A DNA stretch of 64,000 nt from NCBI GenBank assembly GCA_951406725.2, contig OX597834.1, forward strand, positions 35,588,001 through 35,652,000, written 5' to 3'. The notes beneath the pieces were generated by a model, which searched no databases, was not told the origin of the DNA, and saw only the letters and a program-made list of their open reading frames with translations. Made by a program: the position numbers and the translations under genes. This DNA is from Octopus vulgaris. Its lineage: Eukaryota. Within the stretch, counting starts at the first letter, position 1. The number at the start of each line of letters is the position of its first letter. This document shows, piece by piece, positions 1 to 62,641 of this stretch.

Positions 1-463
1 AATTAAAAAAAGAACCAAAATTAAAAAGAAAAAATACACTATCAAAAACAGAAGTTCATTTGTTTAATGGCAGCAGATATTCAATTAATATGTCATGTTC
101 GGATTTATTTCAAAGAAAATGGTAAGGAAAAAAATGCATTTGTAAAGGGAATTGAAGTATATAACGTTTGAAAGGAAATTTAAAGGAGAAATTATGAGGC
201 AAAAAGAGAAACAAACTCGACATCTTTGCCTTTCTTATCATTCTTTGTTCTCATATCTTTCATCACTCTTTATTCTCCCGTTCTTTGTTTACGTAATGTT
301 TCCCTTTATTTATCTTCCTATCCATTCACTTTGTTTTGCATCCATTGGTACATCGATACTCATACACATAAGAAGCATATAATGCATATGTATATATATG
401 TGTGTATGTGTCTGTGTGTGTCTGTGCGTGTGAGTAAATATATGTCCCAAAACACACACGTGT

Positions 464-568
<105 letters not shown>

Positions 569-1017
569 CATATATATATGCATATCTAGATGGGAAATAT
601 TTCAGCATGTTATATCAAAGACTGTGTTCAATTAATTGCTTTTCATTAATATTTTCCTTTCTGTATTGTTCTATATTAATCCTTTATGTTCGATTAAGGA
701 TAACAACTATAAAATATTCATTAACAGTTCAATACCCTCTTGGTCTCATCTTCTGAATGAAGGAGTGAGAGTAACGTGTTGTTACTGAGTTTTAATAAGG
801 GACACTACTGGATCGTGGGAATGATTTTTTAACAGATAAAGTTTTCATCGCTGGATATAAAATGCCTTAACATTTCAATCTAGATGACTTTCAAAGTCTG
901 TTTCCTCTTTTCAATTTGCTCTGCTCTTAAGCAATTCTCTGAGTCAGAATCCCTGGCAGGAAAAGAGTTGAAGAAAGAGATATTATTTAAAGAAAGCTCT
1001 TCCTGTCATACCTCGAA

Positions 1018-1760
1018 ATGATTATAAAAGACTTTGGTTGGAAAGGTGGTGCCATCATCAATGACGGGCTATTGACGCACTACCCAGTTGAAGGCGACAT
1101 CGTGCTCACTACAGAAATTTCAGATCTGCTGCAAACCCATGCTGACAGAGCAGGACAAGCAGAGTTTGGATGTTTTCTTCAAATTAAACAGCATAAAAAC
1201 GAAAATATAGGACAAGAGTGAACAATGGTGCGAAGCAAGGGGATTTAGACGTGGAAGAGTATGTCTGCTTCGGACAGACTGTAAATATATGCCGAGAGAT
1301 GAACACTGAAATTGCGTTCATAATAAGAGCAGAAAGAAGGGCCTTTGCTTCGATCAAAGATGTTCTTAAAGTACAGGTGTACAAGACCTTGCGTGCCAAT
1401 ATCTTCATTAGCACCTTCTCACCATGGTACTTACGTTCAAGTGAGACATGGGCTAGTACGAAGGACGACCAGTGACTGGCTTCGACACAGAGGGCCATGG
1501 AAAAGTCCATTGCGGGAGCATATTTTCTTAATTATGTAATTCGAGAATGGAGTGATCATACAGTCACAAAAGTACAAGTTGCTCTGGGACGAACATGTTG
1601 GAAGGCTAACGGGCTGTAGGTGGGTTGTTGCAGTTGTTGAGCGGTATATAAGAAATTGGAAGAGATAACGTAGAAGACTGTACTGTGAAAAATTTCGGAC
1701 CCAAAAGGAAGAGAAGGGAGCAATCAAGAAGAATGGAAGCATATTTTGATTAGCAAAGTA
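1018..1760 (+). mobile_element. Degenerate RTE-clade LINE fragment
   Basis: Frameshifted DIVL, VEEYVCFG, RRAFASIKDV, SETW and W.EHV motifs. Confidence 0.55.
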
Positions 1761-1788
1761 CAAGGAAATTTGATAGTCTCGCAGATGG

Positions 1789-1860
<72 letters not shown>

Positions 1861-1866
<6 letters not shown>

Positions 1867-2079
1867 TAAAAAATATTAAAAAAACGGAGAGAAAATACAA
1901 GAAAAACAAGAACGCGAGGACGTGGTACATGCAAAGTATTAATGAGATGCTCAGAGAAGGAAAGAAAAACTGGTTGTTTTACGTTTCGAGCAAAGCTCTT
2001 CTTCAGAAACAGGAAACATAGAAAAGTCCCAAAGAAAAGGAAGAAGGGGGAAAAAATTCGCCAACCAGTCCACGTGTAG

Positions 2080-2081
<2 letters not shown>
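1861..2081 (-). mobile_element. Short Penelope-like (pLTR-derived) element within (TA)n
   Basis: Flanked by (TA)n on both sides, carries a hammerhead, and resembles 62556-62745 and 50540-50745. Confidence 0.6.
1976..2010 (-). ncRNA. Minimal type I hammerhead ribozyme (Penelope-like element type), intact core
   Basis: GUUU CUGAAGA A GAGC-UUU-GCUC GAAA CG UA^AAAC: stem I GUUU/AAAC, stem II 4 bp, palindromic ACGU stem III. Confidence 0.75.
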
Positions 2082-2120
<39 letters not shown>

Positions 2121-2143
2121 TACCTCAATCCTCTAATTATAGA

Positions 2144-2222
<79 letters not shown>

Positions 2223-2797
2223 GTTTTCATGGTAATTTGACAACCCGAGAATTATTTATTTGACAACCCGAGAATTATCTAAAACTTTTTCAGATCGAAT
2301 AAAATAAAGCCACACACAGAGACAGACAGACAGTCAGCGTTTTTATGTTCCCCAATGACCAACGGAATGAAATTTGTAAGATCTGGAAGACAAGATGGCT
2401 GCTGATTTGTTTCGGTAACTATACATGCGCATGCGTGCATTGTTGTTAACAATGATAACGGGTTTCGTTGTACCTGCAGTTGTTTTGTTTGTAGCGTCTT
2501 CAGTACAGACTATTTTGTTGCGATCATTGTCAATTAAGATGCACTGACGAACTGAAATCAGAAAAAACCAGATGAACCAATGTTTTCATGTTGTGTTTTT
2601 TTAGAGGGTTTGTGTAGCGCAACGTAAAGCAGGGGCGGTCTATGTACGAATGTATGTAGGGTTGATTCTATATACGTCCGCATGAAAGCATGTTTGCATT
2701 TGTGTAGGTCTGTATGCATGACAGGATAGTGAAGGAAGTGACGGGGAAGGGAGAAAGAGATGGGGTGTGAAAGAGTGAGACCGACAGAGAGAGCTAA

Positions 2798-2835
<38 letters not shown>

Positions 2836-3155
2836 AGCTTATTGTTTTGTCATTGTCGGGACACCGATGCATTAAACAAGGGCAAAATCGTGGCGTGATG
2901 CACCAACCACGCTTTGTAATACAGGTTTTCATTTTTTCTCTGAAACACAAAACGAAAACAATTAATTTATTAATGAATGAATCATGCTTTTCATTATTTC
3001 CATAATTTAATCGTAGCCAACAGTTTACCACATCGATCTCCTCCTGAAAAATTTCTGTTCTGTTCCAACACAAAAAAGCATTATTAGTATCACATTTGCC
3101 ATACTGCACTAAGATAGTGTTACTCGACTAAATCGAGACGCATTATCTCATCACC

Positions 3156-3188
<33 letters not shown>

Positions 3189-3198
3189 TATAAATTTG

Positions 3199-3392
3199 AA
3201 ATTAATCAAAGGACATACTAGGTATGTCAACCTGCTTGAAATAACAGTCAAAACTCTTATTAAATCGCCCAAAAAATACACCGGTGAAAAACTACTGTAG
3301 TTTTTCACCGGTGTATTTTTTGGCGATTTAATAAGAGTTTTGACTGTTATTTCAAGCAGGTTGACATACCTAGTATGTCCTTTGATTAATTT
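3199..3392. repeat. Near-perfect 194 bp palindrome (96 bp stem, 1 nt loop, one bulge)
   Basis: Arms 3199-3295 and 3297-3392 are reverse complements; lies between (TA)n tracts. Confidence 0.95.
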
Positions 3393-3511
3393 TAATTCTT
3401 CGGCTATTTAATGCTATTTTTTGGCCTGCTATCGCCTGTTTCATTGATTCTGTGATTATCATTTTTAAAATTGTTACATTGGATAATAATAGAATTAATG
3501 ACACCTTCGTA

Positions 3512-3597
<86 letters not shown>

Positions 3598-4337
3598 TGT
3601 GTGTGTGTATATATATATATATGTGTGTGTGTGTATGTGTGTGTGTGTGTGTAAACCGTCTAAAAGTCCATAAGTCAGGAAAAAATGCACTCGTATATCT
3701 GTCAGTAGAATGGATGTATTATCCGAAGTGTACAGTATTATATATCCATTACGGCCGTTCTTACCAATCGGTTTCGCACAAAGGGTTCAACGGAGTGTTA
3801 TGTAAAAGCCCGATTATGCAACCCTGCGCTCTTCAGAGGTGGCCGATATGGAATGAAATATGGCGACTGTCCTCTATTTTGAAAACAGTCGCCATATTTC
3901 ATTTAAAGAAACGAAAAAGAAAGAGTAAGGAACTAGACGCTTCCTGATTTTGTCTTTTGTCGCTCGTGGGTGATATTTCAACCTACCACCTAATTAATAT
4001 TCAAGAATCGTAGAATGCTGTCATTAAAATAATATAACCCAAATTGATAACTCTCTTATGTCGCATATCTTGCTAATTGTTATACAAAACATTGAGAGTC
4101 TGTTTGTTGGTAGACGAAGGAACAATTTGAACACATAATTTAAATATAGCAATGTTTTTGTATGTTTTTTTTTATTAGATTTTAATTACATTTACAGTAT
4201 TTGCATAAAGGGTTTCGTCAGTATTTGTTATCGTATTACAAACAACATACGGCAGACGCTTTACAATATATATATATATATACATACATACATACATATA
4301 TATATACATATATATACATACATATATAAACATATAT

Positions 4338-4380
<43 letters not shown>

Positions 4381-4382
4381 CT

Positions 4383-4426
<44 letters not shown>

Positions 4427-4427
4427 T

Positions 4428-4532
<105 letters not shown>

Positions 4533-4858
4533 TGTACGTACAATGAAGTTATATAAAACACAAAAGTCCATTTATAAAAGCAGAAAGGAATATATACGTA
4601 CATACATTCATACATAATGCAATTGTAAATACATACATACGTATATACATACATACATGTATGTATATATGATTTACATGTGCCTATACATAGAAACATA
4701 TATATGCATATACAAGCATATATATGTATGTGTGTGCACGTTATGCCTATATATATGTATAAATATATACATATATATATATGGGTGTGTGTGTGTATGT
4801 ATACAAGAAGAAAGATAAGGGTATGTACACAAGAAGAAAGATAAGGGTATGTACTCAC

Positions 4859-55061
<50,203 letters not shown>

Positions 55062-55063
55062 CT

Positions 55064-56350
55064 GAGGACGGTGACAGAACAGTCGCGAATAGGGCAGCAG
55101 CGACAGCGGTGTGTTGTTGTTGTTGCGATCAAGCGTTTATGTGGAGTCGTGTAGAACCGTGAAGAATAGTACGATGTCATGTACAGCAGTGTAGAGTCGT
55201 ATTGGATAACGCGGTGTAATTTAGAGCAGAATGTAGCGTGTTGTAGATTGATGTAGAGCGGTGCAGCGTTATGTAGAGCAGGGCAGTGACGAATAGAATA
55301 ACGCAGTGTAAAAGAGTGTGATGTAGTATAGTATGGAGTATGGTGGTGTAGTTTAGTGTTATATAGTATGGTGTAGTTTCATGTAATGTAGTACAATGAA
55401 ATATGGGTGCGATGAAGTGTGGAACGGTGTAGATTAATGTTGTGTTGTTTAGGGTAAGGTAATGTGGTGTAGTGTTGTGTAGTGGGATGTAGCGGAGGTG
55501 TTTATTAGTGAAATGTAAGGTGGAAGCGAGTGGAGTAGTGGAGTGGTGTTTAGTGTGAGGTTGAAGGTAGCATTTAAATGTGCCGTTTGATTGTGACGTT
55601 TGAATGTGGAGTTTGTATGTGTCATTTGAATGTGGCGTTGGATGTGGTGTTGAATGCGGCGTTGAATGTGGCATTGGATGTGGTGTTTGAATGTGACGTT
55701 TGTATGTGACGTTTGAATGTGGTGTTGAATGCCGCGTTGGATGTGGTGTTGAATGAGGCGTTGGACGTGACGTTGAATGTAGCATTGAATGTGAAATTGA
55801 GTGTGGCGTTGAATGTGGCGTTGAGTGTGGCATCGAATGTAGCGTTGAGGGTGACGTTGAGCGCGGCGTTGAATGTGACGTTGGTGCAAACGTTCGTTTG
55901 ATATCAGATTGGCGTTGGTGTAAATGTTGGTTTGGCGTTAGCGTTAGCGTTGGAGCAACATCGGTGTGAGATCGGTTTAACGTTGATGCGAAGTTGTCGA
56001 ATCGGTTTGTGTGTGACGTTGATGTTTCGTCGAATATGACATTAAATCGGCATTGGTTTGGTGTTGATTGTTGATTCGATGGATGGAATATGAAAAACAA
56101 AGAAATGAATACATGAGTATATTAGATTATTAAGTAATACAGATATAATTATATTGTTTTTTTATAAGGAAAGCGTTTATAGAGAAAGAGAGAGAAAGAG
56201 ACAGGCAGACAAAGATAGAGACGAAGAGAGAGACATACACGTGCACAGACATTCATGCAGATACGTATTTGAATATAAATACAAATGTAAACACACACAC
56301 GCACACATACACATGCAGACGCGTGCGCACACACGCACACACAGTGTTAT
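55064..56350 (-). promoter_or_regulatory. Giant AG-exclusion zone with putative distant branch points (56113-56136) and polypyrimidine tracts (56092-56109, 56181-56233)
   Basis: No CT on the + strand (no AG on the sense strand) between 55064 and 56350, checked line by line. The function is inferred. Confidence 0.7.
55587..55885. repeat. Degenerate 12-13 bp minisatellite (TTGAATGTGGCG-like), roughly 24 units
   Basis: Visible tandem units; preceded by a degenerate (GTGTA)n pentamer tract at 55141-55560. Confidence 0.85.
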
Positions 56351-56984
56351 CTTCTCTCAGAACGTTACGCGTTACACTAATTTCCTTTCCCGAAGACATG
56401 CCAGACCCTCCGAAATTTCGTCAAATTTGGTACTGATGCGATGTTTTCAATATTTCCATGGCTTCTCTTTTTCGTCCCGCCAATAACTTTTCAATAATAT
56501 CTTAATATCAGTGATCATCTATCCATCATCCGTAGGACCTGGAGAAAGCCATAGACTGACTAAAACCGTGGTGTGGTATCGATCCCCAACTCTCGCCACC
56601 ATCGGAGGATAGCAAGATTTTATTCTAGCGTTGGTCTTCAAAAAATCTTTACATCCAGCAAATTCCAACATATCTCTGCGTGTGAGTGAGAAGGTCCAAA
56701 TCATACTATACAATAAAAAAAAATTTTATACAAGGTCAAGGGATCACGAACTGAGCAGGGTATTCCATAACCTCAGTAACATAGTGGACAAAGATGACAA
56801 CAGCAACTACAACAAGAGTTTTTGCTTATACTAAAACATTTGCGAGTGGAGAAGTAAAATCAGCCGTCACTCAAGAGCGAATGTAACTTGGTAACACGTG
56901 CGATGCTTTCGTTAATTGTTTTAGATGCCTACGTTGCCGGGAGCAAGCATAGATAGTTCATTGGCCCTTTACCCTTGATCCAGT

Positions 56985-57240
56985 AGCACATCTTGCTAAC
57001 ATCCGCTGGGCAGATAATTTCTACAACTCTGCAGTCTCTCTTCTCAATCCCGAATTACTTTATCGGGTCTATTGTGTTTTCATTTTATTGAGGTCCTCAT
57101 TGGGACATTGCACTAGTACTCCTTTATATTATGAGTGGATGTGGCTTCTACCATACTGTGGGTTCTTATTTCTTTGGCCTTGGGGTTATCCTTCCGACGG
57201 ATCTCATTAAATAGTGTTTCAGCTACAACATCATGTCTCA
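56985..57240 (-). mobile_element. Degenerate RLE endonuclease fragment
   Basis: KHNRPDK...VVEIICPADV, with stops and a frameshift. Confidence 0.5.
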
Positions 57241-57583
57241 TCGGTAGTTAATAGTATGATGATATTTTCGAACAACTATATGTATTTATGTATAAATGTA
57301 TGTATGTATGGTTTTACTTTGAGTTTTATTTAATTTCTTAACAACGCTAACAACGCCACAAGACTTTATCAGTTGAGAGAGTGCCTGTTGTTTGTAATTA
57401 AGTGTTTGACTTGGTGAGTTGGTTGAGCTGTCGATGCACACAATCAAGTGGGTGCATCTATTCACCTCTGTATGTATGTATGTTTGTATGTGTATGCATG
57501 TGTGTATGTATATAAATGCTTATCCCTCTATCCATCTACCCCCCTTCTCCCTATCTAGGTGGTTTCCTTCACTGCTATATTCC

Positions 57584-57658
<75 letters not shown>

Positions 57659-58261
57659 GCATATATATATATGCATATATATATATATGCATATATACAT
57701 ACAAACAACATGTATATAGGTATGTATGTGTGTATATGTGTATGCACATATATATGTCCTTGAGTAATAACGCGCACACGCACATCTGTGTATGCGTATG
57801 TGCGTGTGTATATGTTTGTGTATATGCCGAGTTAAAAATAGGTGTTAACAATTATATTCAGGTAAAATTAGTGAAAAGTCACAATAGATATTCTCGGTGA
57901 TGTTTACTGAGGGAAGTACTAAAGGATTTAGCAAGAATCTCGGCAAGAATTTTGCCAATTAACTCCACTTTAGATCAACTTACATTCACTTTTTCTTTGC
58001 TTGACGTCACAAAGTAATTCCTGTGTGATTAGTGTGTCGAACCTTCCTTTGTGTATGTATGCGTGCCTGTGAGTGCGTGTGCATATGCATGTGAGTGTGA
58101 ATGTGTGTGTGCAATATGTATGTATGCATGTATGTATGTATGTATATATGAAGATATAATGAAAAGGGCCGAGAGTTTTGAATATATATGCATATGTATA
58201 TATACACACACATATATATAATATATATATGCATATATATGTAAATGTATGTATGTACACA

Positions 58262-58329
<68 letters not shown>

Positions 58330-58859
58330 CATGCATGTATATATATACATATATAAATATATATCTTCAATGTATGTATATATATATATAGATAGATATA
58401 TATATAAATACATATATATGTATATATATGCATGCATGCACGTATATATATATATATATACATACATACATACATACATACATACATACATTATTTGAAA
58501 GCACATACCGAAACAATTATTAATAGTTTCATGTTTTTATGCTACTTTAACTTGGCAAATTTATAAAGTGAGCCATGTCTCTCAGGACAATCTTTCAGGC
58601 TCTGTTTATGCGTTATATATATTTAAAAAAAACCTGGGAGGCTGGACAGTGAGAAAAGAAGGAAAAATGTGAAGAAAAAAAAAAGAATATAAAATGAATG
58701 CGAAGAAGGTTGATGCAAAAAATGGAACGAGAAGAAACGAAATCAAGAAACCATGATCCTCGTTCTCTCTGATTGCAGAAAACATAGTTAATTCAGCTGA
58801 TATTGAACAAAATAACAAAATAATTCAGTCTGCGAGACAGCAACTCAATCCGGAGCGGG

Positions 58860-59160
58860 TAGGTCCTCCAGTTCGACAAAAGAAACCTATCCATGTGTCT
58901 ACACTTGTTAAAAATTTCAGATCTGGAATGACGCAGTGTGTTGCAATTGTTGGGTCTAAAAAGAAAATAATCTTTCTGCTACGCATAAATTGCATTTCTC
59001 AGATCCGTTAACATATGGCTTGGATTTCTCTGATTCCCCACTTGATTGTATGTGGTGTGTACCTGGTCTTCAAACTCCATACATGGCTAGAGAACTTAGT
59101 TGCATTAGTTTTGTCGATGTACTGGAAAGAAGGTATGCTGTTTGCATCAACCTTCTTCGT
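58860..59160 (-). mobile_element. Degenerate Penelope-like (Naiad-type) GIY-YIG C-terminal fragment
   Basis: Peptides ATKFSSHVWSLK...IKWGI, KPYVNGSEKCNLCVAE and SRSEIFNKCRHMDRFLLSN. Confidence 0.65.
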
Positions 59161-59447
59161 GGTTTTTTTCTTTTGTTTATATATGAAGGTGCATGGCTAA
59201 GTGGTTAGGGCGTTGCACTCACGACTGAGATTTTGTGCTTTCGATTCCCAGACCAGCGATACATTTTGCTCTACTCAACTCAGCTGTAAATTGTTAATCC
59301 TGCAAAGGGCAAGCTTTCCGTTTTGGGCGAATGTTGGCTAGCTCGCCTAGCCAGCGGGATGACACCATTGGAAAGCTACAACAATGCAAGGAAGGGCACA
59401 TTACCTTCCTCATTTTGTTGTAGCTTTTAATACCTATTATCTAGTCA

Positions 59448-59484
<37 letters not shown>

Positions 59485-59586
59485 CGCGTGTCTGTGTATA
59501 TTTTATTAGATGTATACATATATACATACATACACATATATATATAAATACATATATGTATATATGTATACATATATATGTATATA

Positions 59587-59634
<48 letters not shown>

Positions 59635-59764
59635 CGTATATACATATATATTTATACATATATAAATACATATATATATAGGTACACACACGCACACACA
59701 CACATACACACACACGCATACACACACACATATCTATTTATTTATATAAATATAGATATACATT

Positions 59765-59938
59765 AATTGATAAGCACAATTTATGTTTTTATGTGTTACT
59801 ATTAGTTTCATGTTCTGAGAGCATGCCAAACAGTGTTTTCTGGCACGTCTGGTGCCTGTGTTATGAAACACTGTTGGCATGCTCTCAGCACATGAAAGTA
59901 ATAGTAGCACATAAAAACAAATATTGTGTTTATTAAAT
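59765..59938. repeat. ~75 bp imperfect inverted repeat beside TA-rich simple repeats
   Basis: Arms ~59765-59839 and ~59865-59938 are reverse complements with a few mismatches. Confidence 0.9.
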
Positions 59939-60192
59939 AATATTTATCTCTCATCTGATGGAGTAATTTTTTTGCAGATCCTACCCTGATGGTACATTTC
60001 ACTAAGATTACTGGAAATATTATTACCAGCGGTTATATAGATCCACATCTCCACGATTTGTAACTAGTTTCATAAGGGACGACACACGAAACTATCGGCC
60101 CTTGAGTCACTTTGTTGTTTGTGCTAAATATTAATAAAGATACGCATATACACATATTCTATGTTCAATTTTGTATCACTAGAACATGTATA

Positions 60193-60235
<43 letters not shown>

Positions 60236-60445
60236 GCAAACACACACAAACCTAGATATATGTGGGAATTGCATAAGTGAACGTGTGCGCGTATGTGTCT
60301 GTGTGTGTGTGTGTGTGTAATAACATTCGCTCTGGCAATACATGCGTACAGAATAATGGTCTCCGGGCTTCCGTTTCGTTTGAGACATGCATATTTCTTT
60401 AGTTTGCCTTAAAAGTTCTGATGAGGTTTCAGAGAATAACCTTAC

Positions 60446-60451
60446 TTTCAT
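60446..60451 (-). CDS. Candidate upstream start exon end (ATG AAA, giving MK-LTDEERVF)
   Basis: gcgccATGAAA|GTAAGG: good start context plus a phase-0 consensus donor that fits the 55061 acceptor. No independent support. Confidence 0.25.
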
Positions 60452-60554
60452 GGCGCCACTTTGAAATTAAATCTGATTTTGTGTTTAAAACATCTGCCGT
60501 TATATACATTTATATATGAATATATTAAAAATTGCCTGTGCTAGAATGTTTGTA

Positions 60555-60659
<105 letters not shown>

Positions 60660-60748
60660 ATATGCCTATGTATATACTGAAAACATACATGTAAATATAT
60701 ATATATACATACGTATGTGTGTGTGTGTATATAATATATATGTGTGTG

Positions 60749-60801
<53 letters not shown>

Positions 60802-61011
60802 GTGTATGTATATATATATGTTTGGATGTATTTATTTATCTAGAAATGCATACACCGGGGTATGCAAGATATACTCTCACAATATGTATGTGTATATTTG
60901 CTTACATACATACTTCGCATCTGTATATACATACATAAAACATACGTAAATATATATATATATATATATACATATATACATACATATATACATACATACA
61001 TATATACATAT

Positions 61012-61080
<69 letters not shown>

Positions 61081-61341
61081 AAAATATATATGTAAAATAT
61101 GTATGTACAGACAGTGGAATGAAATTTATATAAACATGTCTGATAATCATGTGAAAATGAATTTTCCAAAACGCATAAGGCTGTATGTTGATTACAATGG
61201 AGGAAGTATATGAGAATATAATGACGATGATGATGATGATGATGAAGGTGATGACAACGACGACGACGACAACGATGATGACGATGGGGATGACGGAGAT
61301 GAAGATAATGAGGATTATGCAGTTGTGGTAGTATTAGTATT

Positions 61342-61373
<32 letters not shown>

Positions 61374-61847
61374 GTAGTTTGTAGTAGTAGTAGTAGTAGT
61401 AGTTGTAGTAGTAGTAGTAGTAGTAGTAGGAGTAGTAGTAGTAGTAGGAGTAGTAGAAATGTGAAGGCGTGTGGTCTAGTGGTTAGGGTAATCATCTCAT
61501 GATTGTAAGGTTGTAAGTTCGATTCCTGGCAAGGCATCATGTCGTTAAGCAAGTTGCTTTATTTCACGTTGCTGCAGTCCACTCAGCTTGGCCAAAATGA
61601 GTCATACCTGCAAATATTCTTTTAAAAACTTTCTTTTTAATTTTAACAGTGGCAATCGTCTTATCCAGGACAGTCCCATTATGTTGGCAAATAGTCTTTA
61701 CTTTAAAGTACTGTTACTGAATATCTGTCTTTGATAGATTTAGAAATAATAATGTTTCTATTTATTAGATCAGTGATGGGTGTGTCACTTTGAAAATTAT
61801 ATACTTTCGGACGGGAATTCAGCAACGCCACCTAGCCAAGCTGCTAC

Positions 61848-61890
61848 TCTGTGCTGATAAAGAGCAGTAACCCAGAAACCGGTCCACAGA
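61848..61890 (+). ncRNA. Degenerate hammerhead between ~70 bp direct repeats (61688-61757 and 62041-62109)
   Basis: UCUGUG CUGAUAA ... GAAA CCGG UC^CACAGA; 6 bp stem I and palindromic stem III. Confidence 0.55.
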
Positions 61891-62112
61891 TGTTGATTTG
61901 TGCTGGATGGGGCTGCTGGACAACCAGTTCGGAAATATAAGGACACAGATATTGGGTCGTATAGCCAGCTGGAAACGACGTTTCTCGGGGCTAAACAACA
62001 GTAACAGTTGTCCCTTCCAGTACAGGCCACATGACGTTAGCAAATAGCTTTTACTTTAAAGAGCTGTTACTGAATATCTCTCTTTGAGAGATTTAGAAAT
62101 AATAATGTTATC

Positions 62113-62195
<83 letters not shown>

Positions 62196-62458
62196 TGTGT
62201 GCGTGTATGACTTTGTAAAGAAATAACTATGTAAAAATAGCCGGCTGTATTATCACTCTTCTAAATGTTTGTATACAAACATAAAGAAACATTTGTGTAC
62301 ATAAATATATTGGGTACACCCACTCTTTTATAATTTTCTCTGAATTTCCTTCTTTCTATATATATAATTCTTATATACATGTGTACTTTACAAGTATGTA
62401 TGTGTGTATGTATGTATGTATGTATGTATGTATGTATGTATGTATGTATGTATGTATG

Positions 62459-62557
<99 letters not shown>

Positions 62558-62607
62558 CGATTTTTTTCTCCTCTGTCTTCCCTTCTCGGGATCTTTCCTT
62601 CTCGTAT

Positions 62608-62641
62608 GTTTCCGACGAAGACTCCGCTCGAAACGTTAAAC
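62608..62641 (+). ncRNA. Degenerate minimal hammerhead within a (TA)n-embedded element at ~62556-62745
   Basis: GUUU CCGACGA A GAC-UCC-GCUC GAAA CG UU^AAAC. Confidence 0.55.

Noticed and set aside
2391-2440. YY1/NRF1-like motifs as a promoter
   Set aside because: Adjacent to a Helitron-like end and probably transposon-derived; no further support.
2834-3109. 91 aa ORF as the next TRPC exon
   Set aside because: No S6 or TRP-box similarity. That exon probably lies beyond position 1, where the sense strand is pyrimidine-rich.
4803-4854. 26 bp tandem duplication just after the pore-exon donor
   Set aside because: The GT donor itself is not duplicated; a simple slippage event.
55587-55885. CRISPR-like array
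   Set aside because: Contiguous short tandem units without unique spacers, in a eukaryotic context with no cas genes.
55177-56100. 307 aa His/Thr/Pro-rich ORF as a protein or TRPC N-terminus
   Set aside because: Starts at TTG, is out of frame with TRPC and is built from tandem repeats; the absence of AG and low G content suppress TAG/TGA stops.
59405-59413. Alternative start exon ATGAGGAAG|GTAATG
   Set aside because: Lies in one arm of a local inverted duplication of a SINE tail (59371-59427), so probably chance.
60418-60445. CTGATGA plus stem as a hammerhead
   Set aside because: No GAAA core or stem I partner.
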